Shown piece by piece: positions 27,087 to 38,100 of a stretch of 64,000 nucleotides of DNA (positions are counted from its first letter, which is position 1; each line of letters opens with the position of its first letter). The notes beneath the pieces were generated by a model. That model saw nothing but the letters and a program-made list of their open reading frames with translations, did not search any database and was not told the DNA's origin. Location: contig NSIM01000009.1 of NCBI GenBank assembly GCA_002737705.1, forward strand, positions 559-64,558, given 5' to 3'. The translations under genes were made by a program, and so were the position numbers. Origin of the DNA: Flavobacteriales bacterium (lineage in GTDB: Bacteria > Bacteroidota > Bacteroidia > NS11-12g > UBA955).

Positions 27087-28118
27087 TTATACTCCCTTAG
27101 GATCACGCAGAATGCCAACAATTAAATCCACTAAAATTTCGCCATCGGTGGCAGAACCCCTATGAACCCCTTTCAAACGCAAATCAAGCAGCGCTATTTG
27201 ATTGAAAGCCCGCTCGATATCTGCAACTGAATATTGATTGGCTGCGACGATATATTCTTCAACAAAAAATGGACTCACGCCCAATGCGATTGCGATTTCA
27301 TTTTTTCCACTACCAACCATTTGCTGGACACGCAAAATTTTACCAAAGTAATTGTACAAGTTTGTAACGATTCTTAACAATTCACCTTTTTCGGCACTGA
27401 ATCCCATTTGGTGGGCTATTTGAATGGCCTTGTTGAAATTTTTATACCCAAGGGCCGATTGCAATTCGAACACATTATACTCTCGGTTAAATCCAACATT
27501 GGCTTCAACATGCGAAATTCTGATAAACTCATCCTTGACATTAATCAGCAACTTGTTTAATTCATTGTGTATTAAAGGCAGGTCGGCACCCAACAATTCA
27601 ACGAGCATTTGAATGGCAGCACCATCGATACTTCGACCCCGCTGCTTCAGATATTCGGGGAGCCAATCTTTTATCTGATAATCACGTAATTTTCCTGCAT
27701 AATAAGAAACATGTTTGTCTAGTTGCTTCCCAATTTTGGTACGCATATCCATCTTAGCCCCCCGGAAAGCACAAACCAAAATAGTTGAAACCAAAGGATT
27801 CTCAAGGTAGGGTAACAATTTGTCAAAGTCCTTCATGTCTTGTGCGTCTTTAACCACAATCAACTGATACTGACCCATCATTGGATAACGCCTCGCCATG
27901 GCAATCAATTCATGAATTTTTAATTCTTTGCCATACTTTATAGACTGGTTAAAACTTCGCTCCGATTCATCTAAAACCGAATTCTCGAGCTGCTCCACCA
28001 AGGAATCAATAAAAAAGACCTCCTCTCCATGAAAAAAATAGATGGGCGAAAATTGCTTGGCCTGAATTTTCTGATTTAACTGTAAATAATTCGCTATGGT
28101 ATCGCTCAATTTGGCCAT
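27087..28118 (-). CDS. holA: DNA polymerase III subunit delta
   Basis: 343 aa. FSPIYFFHGEEVFFID at the N-terminus and the overall helical C-terminal domains fit HolA. Confidence 0.85.
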   Translation of the reverse strand: MAKLSDTIANYLQLNQKIQAKQFSPIYFFHGEEVFFIDSLVEQLENSVLDESERSFNQSIKYGKELKIHELIAMARRYPMMGQYQLIVVKDAQDMKDFDKLLPYLENPLVSTILVCAFRGAKMDMRTKIGKQLDKHVSYYAGKLRDYQIKDWLPEYLKQRGRSIDGAAIQMLVELLGADLPLIHNELNKLLINVKDEFIRISHVEANVGFNREYNVFELQSALGYKNFNKAIQIAHQMGFSAEKGELLRIVTNLYNYFGKILRVQQMVGSGKNEIAIALGVSPFFVEEYIVAANQYSVADIERAFNQIALLDLRLKGVHRGSATDGEILVDLIVGILRDPKGV

Positions 28119-28138
28119 GGATTTGTATTTTTACCGCG

Positions 28139-28576
28139 GTGCAAGAGTTAAATTTCCCTCCCTATGTGTTTACTGTTGAGAAACAAGAACAAAAAAAAGT
28201 CATTTTTGATCCAGTTAGAAAAAAATTTATCCCCCTAACTCCGGAAGAATGGGTAAGACAACATTGTATTGCCCACTTATTCCATCAATATCGATGGCCA
28301 TTGGGTCGAATCGCCGTAGAGAGAGCCATATGGCCATATGGATTGCACAAACGCTTTGATATTGTTGCATTTGGGGCAGATTCAAAGCCCAAAATATTGA
28401 TTGAATGCAAGGCTCCCGAACAAAAGATAACCCAGAATGTTCTGCTTCAGGCAGCCACATATAACAGTAAATTAGACAGTGAATGGATGTGGATTACCAA
28501 TGGCATGCAACACGCCTGGTTTCAGCGAATTGATGGGAAAAATGTGATACAAGGTCCGCCTAGCCATATCGAATGA
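28139..28576 (+). CDS. Type I restriction enzyme HsdR N-terminal (PD-(D/E)XK-like) domain protein, stand-alone
   Basis: 145 aa with a GTG start. The IFDPVRKKFIPLTPEEWVRQ block and D..(E)CK (FDIVAF...ILIECKAP) are typical. It is divergent from holA, the usual Bacteroidota arrangement as I recall it. Confidence 0.7.
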   Translation: MQELNFPPYVFTVEKQEQKKVIFDPVRKKFIPLTPEEWVRQHCIAHLFHQYRWPLGRIAVERAIWPYGLHKRFDIVAFGADSKPKILIECKAPEQKITQNVLLQAATYNSKLDSEWMWITNGMQHAWFQRIDGKNVIQGPPSHIE

Positions 28577-28714
28577 TCGATTGATCAAATCATTCATCCA
28601 TTTGTTCACCCTTTGAGCGGGTCGGCGCAACATCCAATTTAACAAAATCAACATTGGGTAAGCAGCCGTAAATTTGTCCAGCAAGGGTAAATAGTATATC
28701 CTAAACGAAGGCGG

Positions 28715-29617
28715 CTACTCAATTTCAAAATCTATGATTTTGCCTGCAATTGTAGCCCTTACAAACCGATCACAAGCCTCATTTTCAAAAGGATCATAGT
28801 CTATATTAATGCGTTTATTGTCTTTGTCATCGTTTAGGTCTACAACCCCTTTCACACAGACCACCGCGCATCCAGGCTCCATTTTTTTTAATAAAGGCAA
28901 GGCAATTGCCCAAGAGAAATTGTGGCCATCTGCTTCAGAAATTAGCCCCTTTCCATTAAAAAGGTAATGGTCTCCAAGAATTCCGGGGATCGTAATTCCC
29001 ACTACTTTTTCCAGTGAGCATTGTCCTGTTAATTGAACAGGATCTGAAATACCGATTTGAGACAATTTTCCAACCTTAATGTCGAATGTTTTCTTTAGAA
29101 CCCGCACGAGGGTCATTGACAACACGAATTCCCGGGGATTGTCGGTTGTGATGCCCACAGAATATCTCATTCCCTTGTCAATTTTAACTTCAGCAATGGC
29201 ACTATTTTCTTGGTAATGTGATACAATCTTTACCCATATTTTTCCCGCCCTATATTTCCCATCCATACTTTTTTGGGCTTGGGAAAAAGGGAGACTGGGA
29301 TCGCTAAAAGAAATAAAAAACTCAATTCCGTCACCGTCTTGGTAAGTTGAATCTACGAGTTCAAGCAACCCATTCTTACCCAAAAACGTAGTATTTACGG
29401 TACTAGAGATTCCATTTCCATTGCTTTGGTCTGCTATTTCGTCTACGCATTCTACCACAGATAAAAGTTCGGACTGAAGGGCGGCGAACTGAACAGCAAC
29501 TTCTAAATTTTCATTTTTTTCCTTGTTAATTCGCTCACAAGATTGGCATACAAAAAGAAGGCAGGATACCCATACTATAAAAGGACTGATGGACACTACA
29601 GGTTGTCTATATTTCAT
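28715..29617 (-). CDS. Hypothetical lipoprotein
   Basis: 300-aa ORF with an ATG start and signal/lipobox-like N-terminus ...VWVSCLLFVCQSC. No family was recognised. Confidence 0.7.
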   Translation of the reverse strand: MKYRQPVVSISPFIVWVSCLLFVCQSCERINKEKNENLEVAVQFAALQSELLSVVECVDEIADQSNGNGISSTVNTTFLGKNGLLELVDSTYQDGDGIEFFISFSDPSLPFSQAQKSMDGKYRAGKIWVKIVSHYQENSAIAEVKIDKGMRYSVGITTDNPREFVLSMTLVRVLKKTFDIKVGKLSQIGISDPVQLTGQCSLEKVVGITIPGILGDHYLFNGKGLISEADGHNFSWAIALPLLKKMEPGCAVVCVKGVVDLNDDKDNKRINIDYDPFENEACDRFVRATIAGKIIDFEIE

Positions 29618-29690
29618 TCTAAACTATGGCAAAACCAATCAAAACAATTGGCATAAAACAAATATAGGCTAGTTAACCCCCAAAATAATT

Positions 29691-30881
29691 TCATATTTCG
29701 TCCAATATTTCTGTTATCGATGAACACGCAAATGCTATTTCATCTCCTGTGATGGTTAATGGAGGTGCAATTCTAAGGCAATGAGGTGCATATAAAAACC
29801 AATCGGAAAAGATCCCCCGCGAAAGCATTGTTTGAATTAACGAAGAGACTTCTTCATGGTCCGATAATTCAATTGCCAAAAGAAGACCTTTTCCATGAAT
29901 CGCACGTATGCGCTCATGCTGAAGTAAGCGACGAAATAACTGTTCTTTCACAGACACTTCGTCCATGAGCTTTTCTTCTAACAGAACCTCAAATGCAGCA
30001 TTACCCGCTGCCGCAACTACTGGGTGTCCCCCAAATGTTGTCAGGTGACCGAGTATTGGGTTCTCACTGAGTGTATGCATTCGTTTACGGGATGCTATAA
30101 AAGCGCCCATGGGCATACCCCCTCCAATGGCTTTGCCCAATACGAGCACATCGGGAATAACGCCATATTGTTCAAAAGCAAACAGGGTTCCGGTGCGTCC
30201 CATCGCAGTCTGAATTTCATCAAAAATAAGCAGTGAACCATGTTGGGTACATTTATCTCTTAGAGAGGCGATAAATTCTTTACCCGAAGGTTTGGCGCCA
30301 CGTTCGGCTTGAATCAATTCTACCACCACTGCCGCCACCCGAGACCAAGGTATATTTTCCAATCCTTCTATGTCGTCTTGGGCAATAAAATGCACAGAGG
30401 GTAAGAGTGGCCTATAGGCTTGTGAATAATATTCGTTGCTCATAAGACTAAGTGGGCCTTGGCTACTGCCATGGTAAGCATCGGTTTGGGCCACAAAATC
30501 GGTTTTGCCAGTAACCCGCTTGGCAAGTTTCATTGCACCATCAATGGCTTCAGCACCTGAATTAACAAAATAGCAGCAATCTAAAGAAGGGGGTAAATAT
30601 TGGACCAGATTATGCGCAAATAGTGATTGTGGGCTTTGAATGGTCTCTCCGTAAACCATAACATGCATAAAATTAGCCGATTGCTCTTGAACTACAGCTA
30701 CAACCTTTGGGTGTTGGTGTCCAATATTACAAACACCAATTCCCGCGATCAAATCGAGATAACGCTGTCCATCGGCATCGAAGAGATAATTTCCCTCAGC
30801 CTTTACAATATGAATATTCATTGGCGAAGAACTGGTTTGGGCCAAATGCGCAAAAAAAGCCTGACGCGGGTGAATATGCAT
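29691..30881 (-). CDS. Class III PLP-dependent aminotransferase (acetylornithine/ornithine aminotransferase-like)
   Basis: 396 aa. The blocks are GIGVCNIGHQHPKV, FFVNSGAEAIDGAMKLA, LIFDEIQTAMGRTG and VLGKAIGGGMPMGAF (PLP lysine). Confidence 0.85.
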   Translation of the reverse strand: MHIHPRQAFFAHLAQTSSSPMNIHIVKAEGNYLFDADGQRYLDLIAGIGVCNIGHQHPKVVAVVQEQSANFMHVMVYGETIQSPQSLFAHNLVQYLPPSLDCCYFVNSGAEAIDGAMKLAKRVTGKTDFVAQTDAYHGSSQGPLSLMSNEYYSQAYRPLLPSVHFIAQDDIEGLENIPWSRVAAVVVELIQAERGAKPSGKEFIASLRDKCTQHGSLLIFDEIQTAMGRTGTLFAFEQYGVIPDVLVLGKAIGGGMPMGAFIASRKRMHTLSENPILGHLTTFGGHPVVAAAGNAAFEVLLEEKLMDEVSVKEQLFRRLLQHERIRAIHGKGLLLAIELSDHEEVSSLIQTMLSRGIFSDWFLYAPHCLRIAPPLTITGDEIAFACSSITEILDEI

Positions 30882-30915
30882 GGCGCAAAATTAGGAAAGA
30901 ATGTCTGAAATGGAG

Positions 30916-30948
30916 AAAAAAAAACCCGCCATAGGCGGGTTTTTTTTT
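30916..30948 (-). terminator. Rho-independent (bidirectional-looking) terminator after the HU gene
   Basis: The sequence is aaaaaaaa-ACCCGCC-ata-GGCGGGT-tttttttt: a 7-bp GC stem and 3-nt loop, with A-run and T-run on either side. It lies 12 nt downstream of the HU stop (30961). Confidence 0.85.
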
Positions 30949-30960
30949 GCTAGAATTCAA

Positions 30961-31230
30961 TTACATACTGCCATTCAACTCAGCACCAGCTTTGAATTTT
31001 GCAACTTTCTTTGCAGCGATGTTAATCACAGCACCTGTTTGTGGGTTGCGGCCTTTGCGGGCATTACGGCTACTCACAGAAAAAGTACCAAATCCTACCA
31101 AAATTACCTTGCCGCCTTTTTTAAGCGTCTCAGTGGTAGCAGAGGTGAAACTTCCAAGTGCAGAAGCAGCTTGGGCCTTAGTGATGCCAGCGTCGCTAGA
31201 CATTCTTCCAATTAAATCTGATTTGTTCAT
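30961..31230 (-). CDS. hup: HU family DNA-binding protein
   Basis: Trimmed to ATG 31230. MNKSDLIGRMSSDAGITKAQAASALGSFTSATTETLKKGGKVILVGFGTFSVSSRNARKGRNPQTGAVINIAAKKVAKFKAG is a canonical 90-aa HU. Confidence 0.92.
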   Translation of the reverse strand: MNKSDLIGRMSSDAGITKAQAASALGSFTSATTETLKKGGKVILVGFGTFSVSSRNARKGRNPQTGAVINIAAKKVAKFKAGAELNGSM

Positions 31231-31360
31231 AGGTGTTTTTTTTATTGTGTTATTGTATCCCAAAAGTAATTAAGTGCTTTTACTTGTCAAGTATTGAAAA
31301 CACTAAGAAGCGATGAACTTTTGCACTAGAAATTAACAATTGGGCAAAATTACAGAATGA

Positions 31361-31873
31361 TTAAATCGCAATTAATTGACTTACAGCATTATAAAATAAT
31401 TCATTCGGCTCGCTTTTATTCCAAATAATCTTGGCTAAACCATGGAAAACACAGCGTTTTTCTGATATTTTAGACAGTTTTGTCATGATTTCAGGGTTCG
31501 GTTGTCCAATAAACATTGGTCTTAATGCAGGTTCAATTGCAATTCTGTGCACCAATACATCCAAAGGCGTGTTCAAATAAATCGTAAGTCCGTTCACTTT
31601 CATCCACTCCATATTGCCATGAAAAGCAGCTGTACCTCCCCCACATCCCACGACGGTATTTCTTAAATGCTTGGTAGCCCTGAGACATTCTGCTTCGATC
31701 ATTCTAAATGATTCTTCTCCATGCAAACCGAAATAGTCAGTTATAGACATCTCAGTTTCCGCTTCAATGGAAGCATCCAAATCAAAAAACTGCCAAGCCA
31801 TTCTCTTGGCAAGCCACTGGGCGGTGGTGGTCTTTCCGGAGGCAGGCAAACCCACTAGGTATACTTTATTCAT
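31361..31873 (-). CDS. aroK: Shikimate kinase
   Basis: Trimmed to ATG 31873 (MNKVYLVGLPASGKTTTAQWLAKRMAWQFFDLD carries the P-loop). GGG motif in VVGCGGGTAAF. The start overlaps the upstream permease gene by 8 nt. Confidence 0.88.
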   Translation of the reverse strand: MNKVYLVGLPASGKTTTAQWLAKRMAWQFFDLDASIEAETEMSITDYFGLHGEESFRMIEAECLRATKHLRNTVVGCGGGTAAFHGNMEWMKVNGLTIYLNTPLDVLVHRIAIEPALRPMFIGQPNPEIMTKLSKISEKRCVFHGLAKIIWNKSEPNELFYNAVSQLIAI

Positions 31874-32921
31874 ATCGAACTCGGGGATCGATCCAAACAT
31901 ACAACATCTCAGTTATGGTATGCAAAATGAAAAATACACATGCTGTGAATAAGACAGCACCCATAAGCACCGGAAAGTCGGATTGTTGCAACGCTTCAAT
32001 CGTAATTTTGCCCAATCCCTTCCATTGAAAAATATATTCCGTAAAAAAAGAACCGGCCAACAGACTACTAAACCACCCGCCAACACTTGTAATGAGTGGA
32101 TTCATGGCATTGGGCAGTGCATGCTTAAATGTAGCTTGCCAACGAGAAAGGCCTTTTGCACGCGCGGTGCGGACAAAATCTTGGGCAAGCATCTCAACCA
32201 TCGTGTTTCTTGTTAATTGAATAAATACTGCCAAGGGACGAATACCCAAGGCACAAGCCGGCAAGATCATATTAGACCAGACCAGCTGTCGATTCTCTCC
32301 CAATTCGTCAATTTCCCATAAACTGCCCGTCATGGGCAGTCCAGTATAGCGATGCCAAACAAATCCAAAAAGCCAAGAGAATAGCATAGCCGAAAAAAAT
32401 GACGGCATGGATATTCCCACTGCAGACAAAGAGACAATCACATTGTCATTCCATTTCCCCTGATTCATGGCAGCCCATACGCCCAAAGGAATACCCAACA
32501 AAAGCGCGATACCCATTGCTGCGATTGCCAATACCATGGTCCCAATAAACGCCTGAAACAACATCCCCCCCACTGGCTGCTTTGTTTGAAATGATTTGCG
32601 GAGATACGGAAACTTTAACCAATAGTGGTATTGCGCTGTTTTAATCGAAAAACCGCTGAGGTAGGGTATTTTTTGGCTATTACTTTGATATATTGAAATG
32701 GGTGAGAGGTCGTTTACGTAAAATAGTGCTTGTAAATACATAGGCTGGTCGAGCCCCAACTCAGCAACTATGGCCTGTTTGGTTTTGGCATCGGCCCTTT
32801 GTGTAGTTAACATTTCTTCAGCGCCCGGCAAGGCCTGAAATAGAAAAAAAATGAACATCACCAATCCCATCAAGACCGACAGTAAAAAGGTCATCTTTCG
32901 GGCGATGTTCTTTTGTATCAT
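31866..32921 (-). CDS. ABC transporter permease (DppB/OppB-type binding-protein-dependent family)
   Basis: 351 aa with six hydrophobic segments. The EAA-like loop region is DFVRTARAKGLSRWQATFKHALPNAMNPLIT. No cognate ATPase or binding-protein gene is adjacent. Confidence 0.85.
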   Translation of the reverse strand: MIQKNIARKMTFLLSVLMGLVMFIFFLFQALPGAEEMLTTQRADAKTKQAIVAELGLDQPMYLQALFYVNDLSPISIYQSNSQKIPYLSGFSIKTAQYHYWLKFPYLRKSFQTKQPVGGMLFQAFIGTMVLAIAAMGIALLLGIPLGVWAAMNQGKWNDNVIVSLSAVGISMPSFFSAMLFSWLFGFVWHRYTGLPMTGSLWEIDELGENRQLVWSNMILPACALGIRPLAVFIQLTRNTMVEMLAQDFVRTARAKGLSRWQATFKHALPNAMNPLITSVGGWFSSLLAGSFFTEYIFQWKGLGKITIEALQQSDFPVLMGAVLFTACVFFILHTITEMLYVWIDPRVRYE

Positions 32922-34453
32922 TGAATCAGTTTTTCAACTTCTCGAACACTGGGCAATTGAATCCCACTCCACTTTTCGATCACTACTGGTCCCTTAAATA
33001 AATATAATGTTGGATTGTATCGTGCCATTGTCATCAACATTTTCTGGTCGGCCGGATAAAAAACAAAAGGTAGTTTTAGCTCGGAAACCACTGCTTTCGA
33101 AGCTTCTGGCGATTCTGCAGTAAGGGCATACATAACGATCCCTTTGGATTTGCCCCAGGTGAATAAAGATGCCATTTTTTGAGAGATTCTTTCATCTGTT
33201 TCGCTTAAGAATGTTGCTATATAGACCCATTTAAAAGCGGTATTATTTAGAAAACTGTCTTTCAATTCAATACCACGTATGGGGTCATTGATAGAAAAAT
33301 CGTGAATGGGCCATTTGTAGCCTTCGACAACAATTTTTCGCCGCAATGATTTATTGACATCATACTGAAACCCATTGTCAATCGCAGACTCATATTCTTT
33401 GCTGGTGCATGCAATTGAATCTTTTCCTTTATACAAAACAAATGAAACCTCAATACTGTCAGATTCACGCTCACCTTTAGGCAAAGTGGTCATGATTTGT
33501 TTTATATCATTGCCTTTCTTATAGGGTAAAAAATCCCATACTGGCAAATACAGATAACAGTAAACACCAAACAATAGTGTCAAAATACCAAGAACAGCCA
33601 TGAGTTTGTTTCCAAAACGCCTCGAGAACCATTGGGAATTGTATTGAATGCCTATAATCAGAACCGACAGCAAAGACAACAGTACAAGGTCTTTGTAAAA
33701 GGAATGCCAAGGCTTGAGTTTTACAAAATCACCAAAACAACCACAGTCTGTAACCTTGTTGAAGAAGGCACTGTAAAATGTTAAAAATGTAAAAAAAATG
33801 ATGAGCGCCGAAGTGATAAAAAGGGTTAATCGAATATTCCAACCGATGAACAGTGCCAATCCCAAAAACACTTCCAATGCACATACAAAAACACTCAAGT
33901 AGAGTGTATACTTTTTGCATCCCTTAAAAAAATGATATGCCCATCCATTGGATTTTGCATAATTTGCCACATCCACATTAACAGCAGATTGGACTGTTAT
34001 CGCAGCGCCTATCGAATCGAATGAGAGCGTCTTATCGGCAGAAGCCAATACAAGAGAATCGGGTCCTAGCAAACGAATTGTAATTCCCTTGTCTAAGGTG
34101 TCTCCTGCAACAATATCAATGCTTCCTTCAGCCAAAGAAGAGCCTCCCCATGTGGTCTTGATTCCAATCGAACCAACATGGGTTGCTGTGGCAGGCGTTG
34201 CCACAATTTCCCAGCCAAATTCTTTTTTTGTATCAAAATTGTAAAGCACTGTTTTGCTGTCTACGCAGTGCACTTTGCCCATAGAAACCACAACCCGAAT
34301 TGAATCTTGTCTGGCAGATACATCTTGAGAAAACACATCGAAGTATTCGTTGAGTTTAATCGAAAATCCACTGGGGTCATTGAGTTTGACGATCCCAGAT
34401 AAAATGAGCAATCCAGCGGTAAGGAATTTGGCGATATGAAATACAACTTTCAT
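32918..34453 (-). CDS. DoxX-like membrane protein fused to a thioredoxin-fold (TlpA-like, no CxxC) C-terminal domain (BT_3928-like family)
   Basis: 511 aa. The N-terminus is KFLTAGLLILSGIVKLNDPSGFSIKLNEYF (DoxX-type). Further TM helices include a CGCFGDF motif. The C-terminal ~150 aa have a thioredoxin-like strand/helix pattern but lack a CxxC. The family name is from memory. Confidence 0.65.
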   Translation of the reverse strand: MKVVFHIAKFLTAGLLILSGIVKLNDPSGFSIKLNEYFDVFSQDVSARQDSIRVVVSMGKVHCVDSKTVLYNFDTKKEFGWEIVATPATATHVGSIGIKTTWGGSSLAEGSIDIVAGDTLDKGITIRLLGPDSLVLASADKTLSFDSIGAAITVQSAVNVDVANYAKSNGWAYHFFKGCKKYTLYLSVFVCALEVFLGLALFIGWNIRLTLFITSALIIFFTFLTFYSAFFNKVTDCGCFGDFVKLKPWHSFYKDLVLLSLLSVLIIGIQYNSQWFSRRFGNKLMAVLGILTLLFGVYCYLYLPVWDFLPYKKGNDIKQIMTTLPKGERESDSIEVSFVLYKGKDSIACTSKEYESAIDNGFQYDVNKSLRRKIVVEGYKWPIHDFSINDPIRGIELKDSFLNNTAFKWVYIATFLSETDERISQKMASLFTWGKSKGIVMYALTAESPEASKAVVSELKLPFVFYPADQKMLMTMARYNPTLYLFKGPVVIEKWSGIQLPSVREVEKLIQ

Positions 34454-34454
34454 C

Positions 34455-34985
34455 TTATAATCTTATTAAGGCAAAAATAGCATAGTTGACAATGTCTTGG
34501 TAGTTGGCCTCTACCCCTTCACTTACCTTTGTTTTTCCTTGGTTGTCTTCTATTTGTTTGATGCGGGCAATTTTCACCAAAACCATATCGGTAAAACTGC
34601 TGATGCGCATATCTCTCCATACCTCGCTATAATCAGAATTCTTTAATCGCATCAATGATTGGGTTTTATTTGCCCAATCTTCATAGACAAGGGAAATTTC
34701 ATCGGCATTCATTGGATCTTTTTGTTGTTGAATGTATGAGAGTTGAATCAATGCGATTAGGCTGTAATTGACAATACCCATAAATTCACTTCTAATATTA
34801 TCCCCCACAGCATTGCGTCCCGATTCTTCGATATTGCGAATGCGTTGGGCTTTGATGTATATTTGATCGGTAAGGCTTGATGGACGAAACAATCTCCATG
34901 AAGTCCCATAATCCTCGTTCTTTTTAAGAAATACTTCTCTGCAGGCAAATAAAATAGTTGCATACTCTTGGTTCGTATCAGACAT
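34455..34985 (-). CDS. DUF1599 domain protein (two tandem copies of the domain)
   Basis: 176 aa. It has an internal duplication: KKNEDYGTSWRLFRPSSLTDQIYIKAQRIRNIE... and LKNSDYSEVWRDMRISSFTDMVLVKIARIKQIE.... Confidence 0.7.
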   Translation of the reverse strand: MSDTNQEYATILFACREVFLKKNEDYGTSWRLFRPSSLTDQIYIKAQRIRNIEESGRNAVGDNIRSEFMGIVNYSLIALIQLSYIQQQKDPMNADEISLVYEDWANKTQSLMRLKNSDYSEVWRDMRISSFTDMVLVKIARIKQIEDNQGKTKVSEGVEANYQDIVNYAIFALIRL

Positions 34986-35109
34986 CGATTACAAAGATAG
35001 TTAATGGGTTTCGAATTTAGGATTTATCCATTCTGAGGATCCATTCCATCCAACCCTTGTTAACGAAAATACCCTAGCAATTCTGATTTTTTTTTAGTAT
35101 ATTGCATAG

Positions 35110-38100
35110 ATGGATTCTTTCGAAGATTTATTCAACAATCTCAATACCGAACAACAACGTGCCGTAAATACAATCGATGGCCCTGTAATGGTAGTCGCCG
35201 GACCAGGAACTGGTAAAACCCAAATTTTGGCCACGCGCATTCTCAATATTATTTCTAAAACAGATACCCAAGCCCAAAATATTCTCTGCCTTACCTATAC
35301 CGATGCTGGTGCCATTGCCATGCAAAAACGCTTGGGTTTATTTATGGGTGCATCCGCGTTTAATGTCCCCATATATACCTTTCATGGATTGTGCAATAAA
35401 ATCATTCAAGAAAATTCCGAAAAGTTTTCACGTACCGAATTGCGGGTGATGGATGATTTAGATAAAATTGACCTTATTCAGGGTATTGTCGAACAATTGC
35501 CTGCCAATTCTTTGTTAAAGTCATACCAAGATGATGCCCAACAAATAAGGCGTGATCTTTCTAAAATGTGGAATTTGATGCAATCTGAAAGTATCGAACT
35601 GACACAAATAGAAGCATGGACAGAGAGCCTACTCATCGCAGAAAACTTCAAATTGGCTTTCCCTAATTTGGTATATAAAAAACCCTCAGGAGAAAACAAA
35701 GTAGGCGATATCAAGGCCTCAGAATACAAAAAAATGAGTCTGGCATGGAAAAAAGGCTTAGAGGCTGCTAAATTGTTTGCTACTTATAAAGAATTAAAGA
35801 AAAAGAAGGGCTTGTATGAATTTTCAGACATGCTAGAGTGGGTGTGCGAAGGCTTCAAAAATGATCCAGACCTATTGCTCGATTCACAAGAACGCTACCA
35901 ATATATTTTGGTGGATGAATACCAAGACACCAGCGGACTTCAAAATCAAATTCTTCACCAATTAATTTCATTCTGGGGAGATACGCCGAATTGTTTTGTT
36001 GTAGGAGATGATGACCAAAGTGTCTATGCTTTTCAAGGCGCAAAAGTGAGTAACATGCTCGATTTCGCCAAAAAATACGAGCAAAATTTACAGACATTCG
36101 TCCTCACCGAAAATTACCGTAGTTCACAGCCCATTCTCGACATGGCCAAAAAGGTGATTGAAAACAATTCGCAGCGATTGGTATACAAAATGCAAGGCCT
36201 TTCCAAAGAGTTAATTGCTGCAGGGAAAAACTGTTTTTTTGATCCCATCACCCCCAATATCAAACAATTCAAAAATGAATTCCACGAAGCCGTTGGCATA
36301 GCTGAAGAAATTAAACTCCTCATCGAATCAGGCGAAAAAGCCAATGAAATCGCTGTTTTGTATCCGTTTAACAAACATGCAAAAATACTGGTTGACACCT
36401 TTGATGAAATGAAATTGCCTTTTGTTATACATCGGTCTGTCGACATACTAAACGAAACAACAATACAACATCTTCTTGTATGGATCGAATACCTATCATT
36501 AGAAATTGCTGTGGCAAACAGTGGCGAACACCTGATTTACAAATTGCTGATCAGCCCCCTTTACGATATTTCTAGCTTTGAGGTAAACCAACTTTCAGTT
36601 GCTGTTTATGCCAAAAAAACATCCTCGCGCAATCAGGGAATCCAGTACCACTGGAGAGACCATATCGCAGAAATTATAAAACTGCCCCAACAAACAGAAC
36701 TATTTGGAGAACCTCCCTCCGTTGCATTAAAAGCACTTTGGATCAATATCGAAAAATGGATCAAAGAAGCGAGTTGGCTAACTGTACCCCAACTCATTCA
36801 ACAATTTTACAGTGAAGGAGGCTATTTGGCGTATGCCTTGAAATCGAACGATACAGAATGGACCCTGGAGGTTTTACAAACTTTTTTACAATTCTCCAAT
36901 CGTCAAAACGAGAAAAACCCTTTTCAAAAGCCCCACGAATTTTTGGCAACGGTTAAAAAAATGCTGGGTAACAACATTGCAATCCCTTTAGAAAAAAGGA
37001 TTGGAAATGCCCAAGGAGTGCAATTTATTACTACACATAGTTCCAAAGGATTGGAATTTGAACATGTATTTGTTACAAGATTAAATCCCAAAGAGTGGGA
37101 AGAAAACGATGCTGGAAGAATGCCTTTCAGAATAATGAAATTGATTCAAGGAAAAGAAATTCAGCTACACAATCAAACAACAGCCGAAGAAGATCTTGAA
37201 GAACGCCGCAGATTGTTTTATGTTGCACTAACCCGGGCAAAAAAGACACTTCATATTAGTTTTAATCAATTGCGCGTTACCCCAACAAAAATTTCGGAAC
37301 AGACCGCTTCCTTATTTGTCTATGAATGCGCAGATGAAATTACGACTACAAATCAGGAAATTTCTTTGCAAAACCTACTCTTTGTGCAACAAGCCATCCT
37401 TCAAAAAACATCAAAACCCAAATTACTCAGTGACAAATTAGATTGGATACTTGATAGAACCACCAACTTTACGTTTTCACCCTCATCCCTCTATAGCATC
37501 CTAGAATGTGGTTTGAAATTTTATTTTACACGAATTGTGCGGGTACCTGATGCCCCACACCCGGCAACATCCTATGGAACAGCGATGCATGCAGCGATGA
37601 AGATATGGGTTGATACCTGGACAAATGACAAAAAATGGCTGACGCAATCGGCCATTATCCAAATTTTCGAAAAAGAAATGTACCGCCAAAGACATGGGTT
37701 CAACGAAAAACAATTTTCGCTGCGCATGCAACAAGGCAAAGACATACTTCCCGATTATTACGCCGCCAGAAGCACCGAATTTAGATCCCATCAGCTTGTA
37801 CTTTCGGAGAAAACCATAAAAACCGTAATCGATGGCGTGCCCATTGCCGGGAATTTGGACAAAATTGTTTTTGATGGAAAAAATGTCACTGTGGTCGATT
37901 ACAAAACAGGAAAACCCGAAAATTCAATAAAAAAATCCCAAGCCCCGGGTGTGCGTTCTATCGAAAAGCTTCCTCCCAGCTATTGGTTTCAGATTGGTAT
38001 CTATCAATTGATGATAAACAATCTGCCAGGGAAAGACTGGAAATGCAATCTAGGCGTTATCGATTGTATCGAAAAAGATGAAAATGGAGAATTTCCGCAC

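Noticed and set aside
30901-31273. Plus-strand ORFs of 104 and 108 aa overlapping the HU gene.
   Set aside because: They are antisense to a canonical 90-aa HU and run across its terminator, so they are shadow ORFs.
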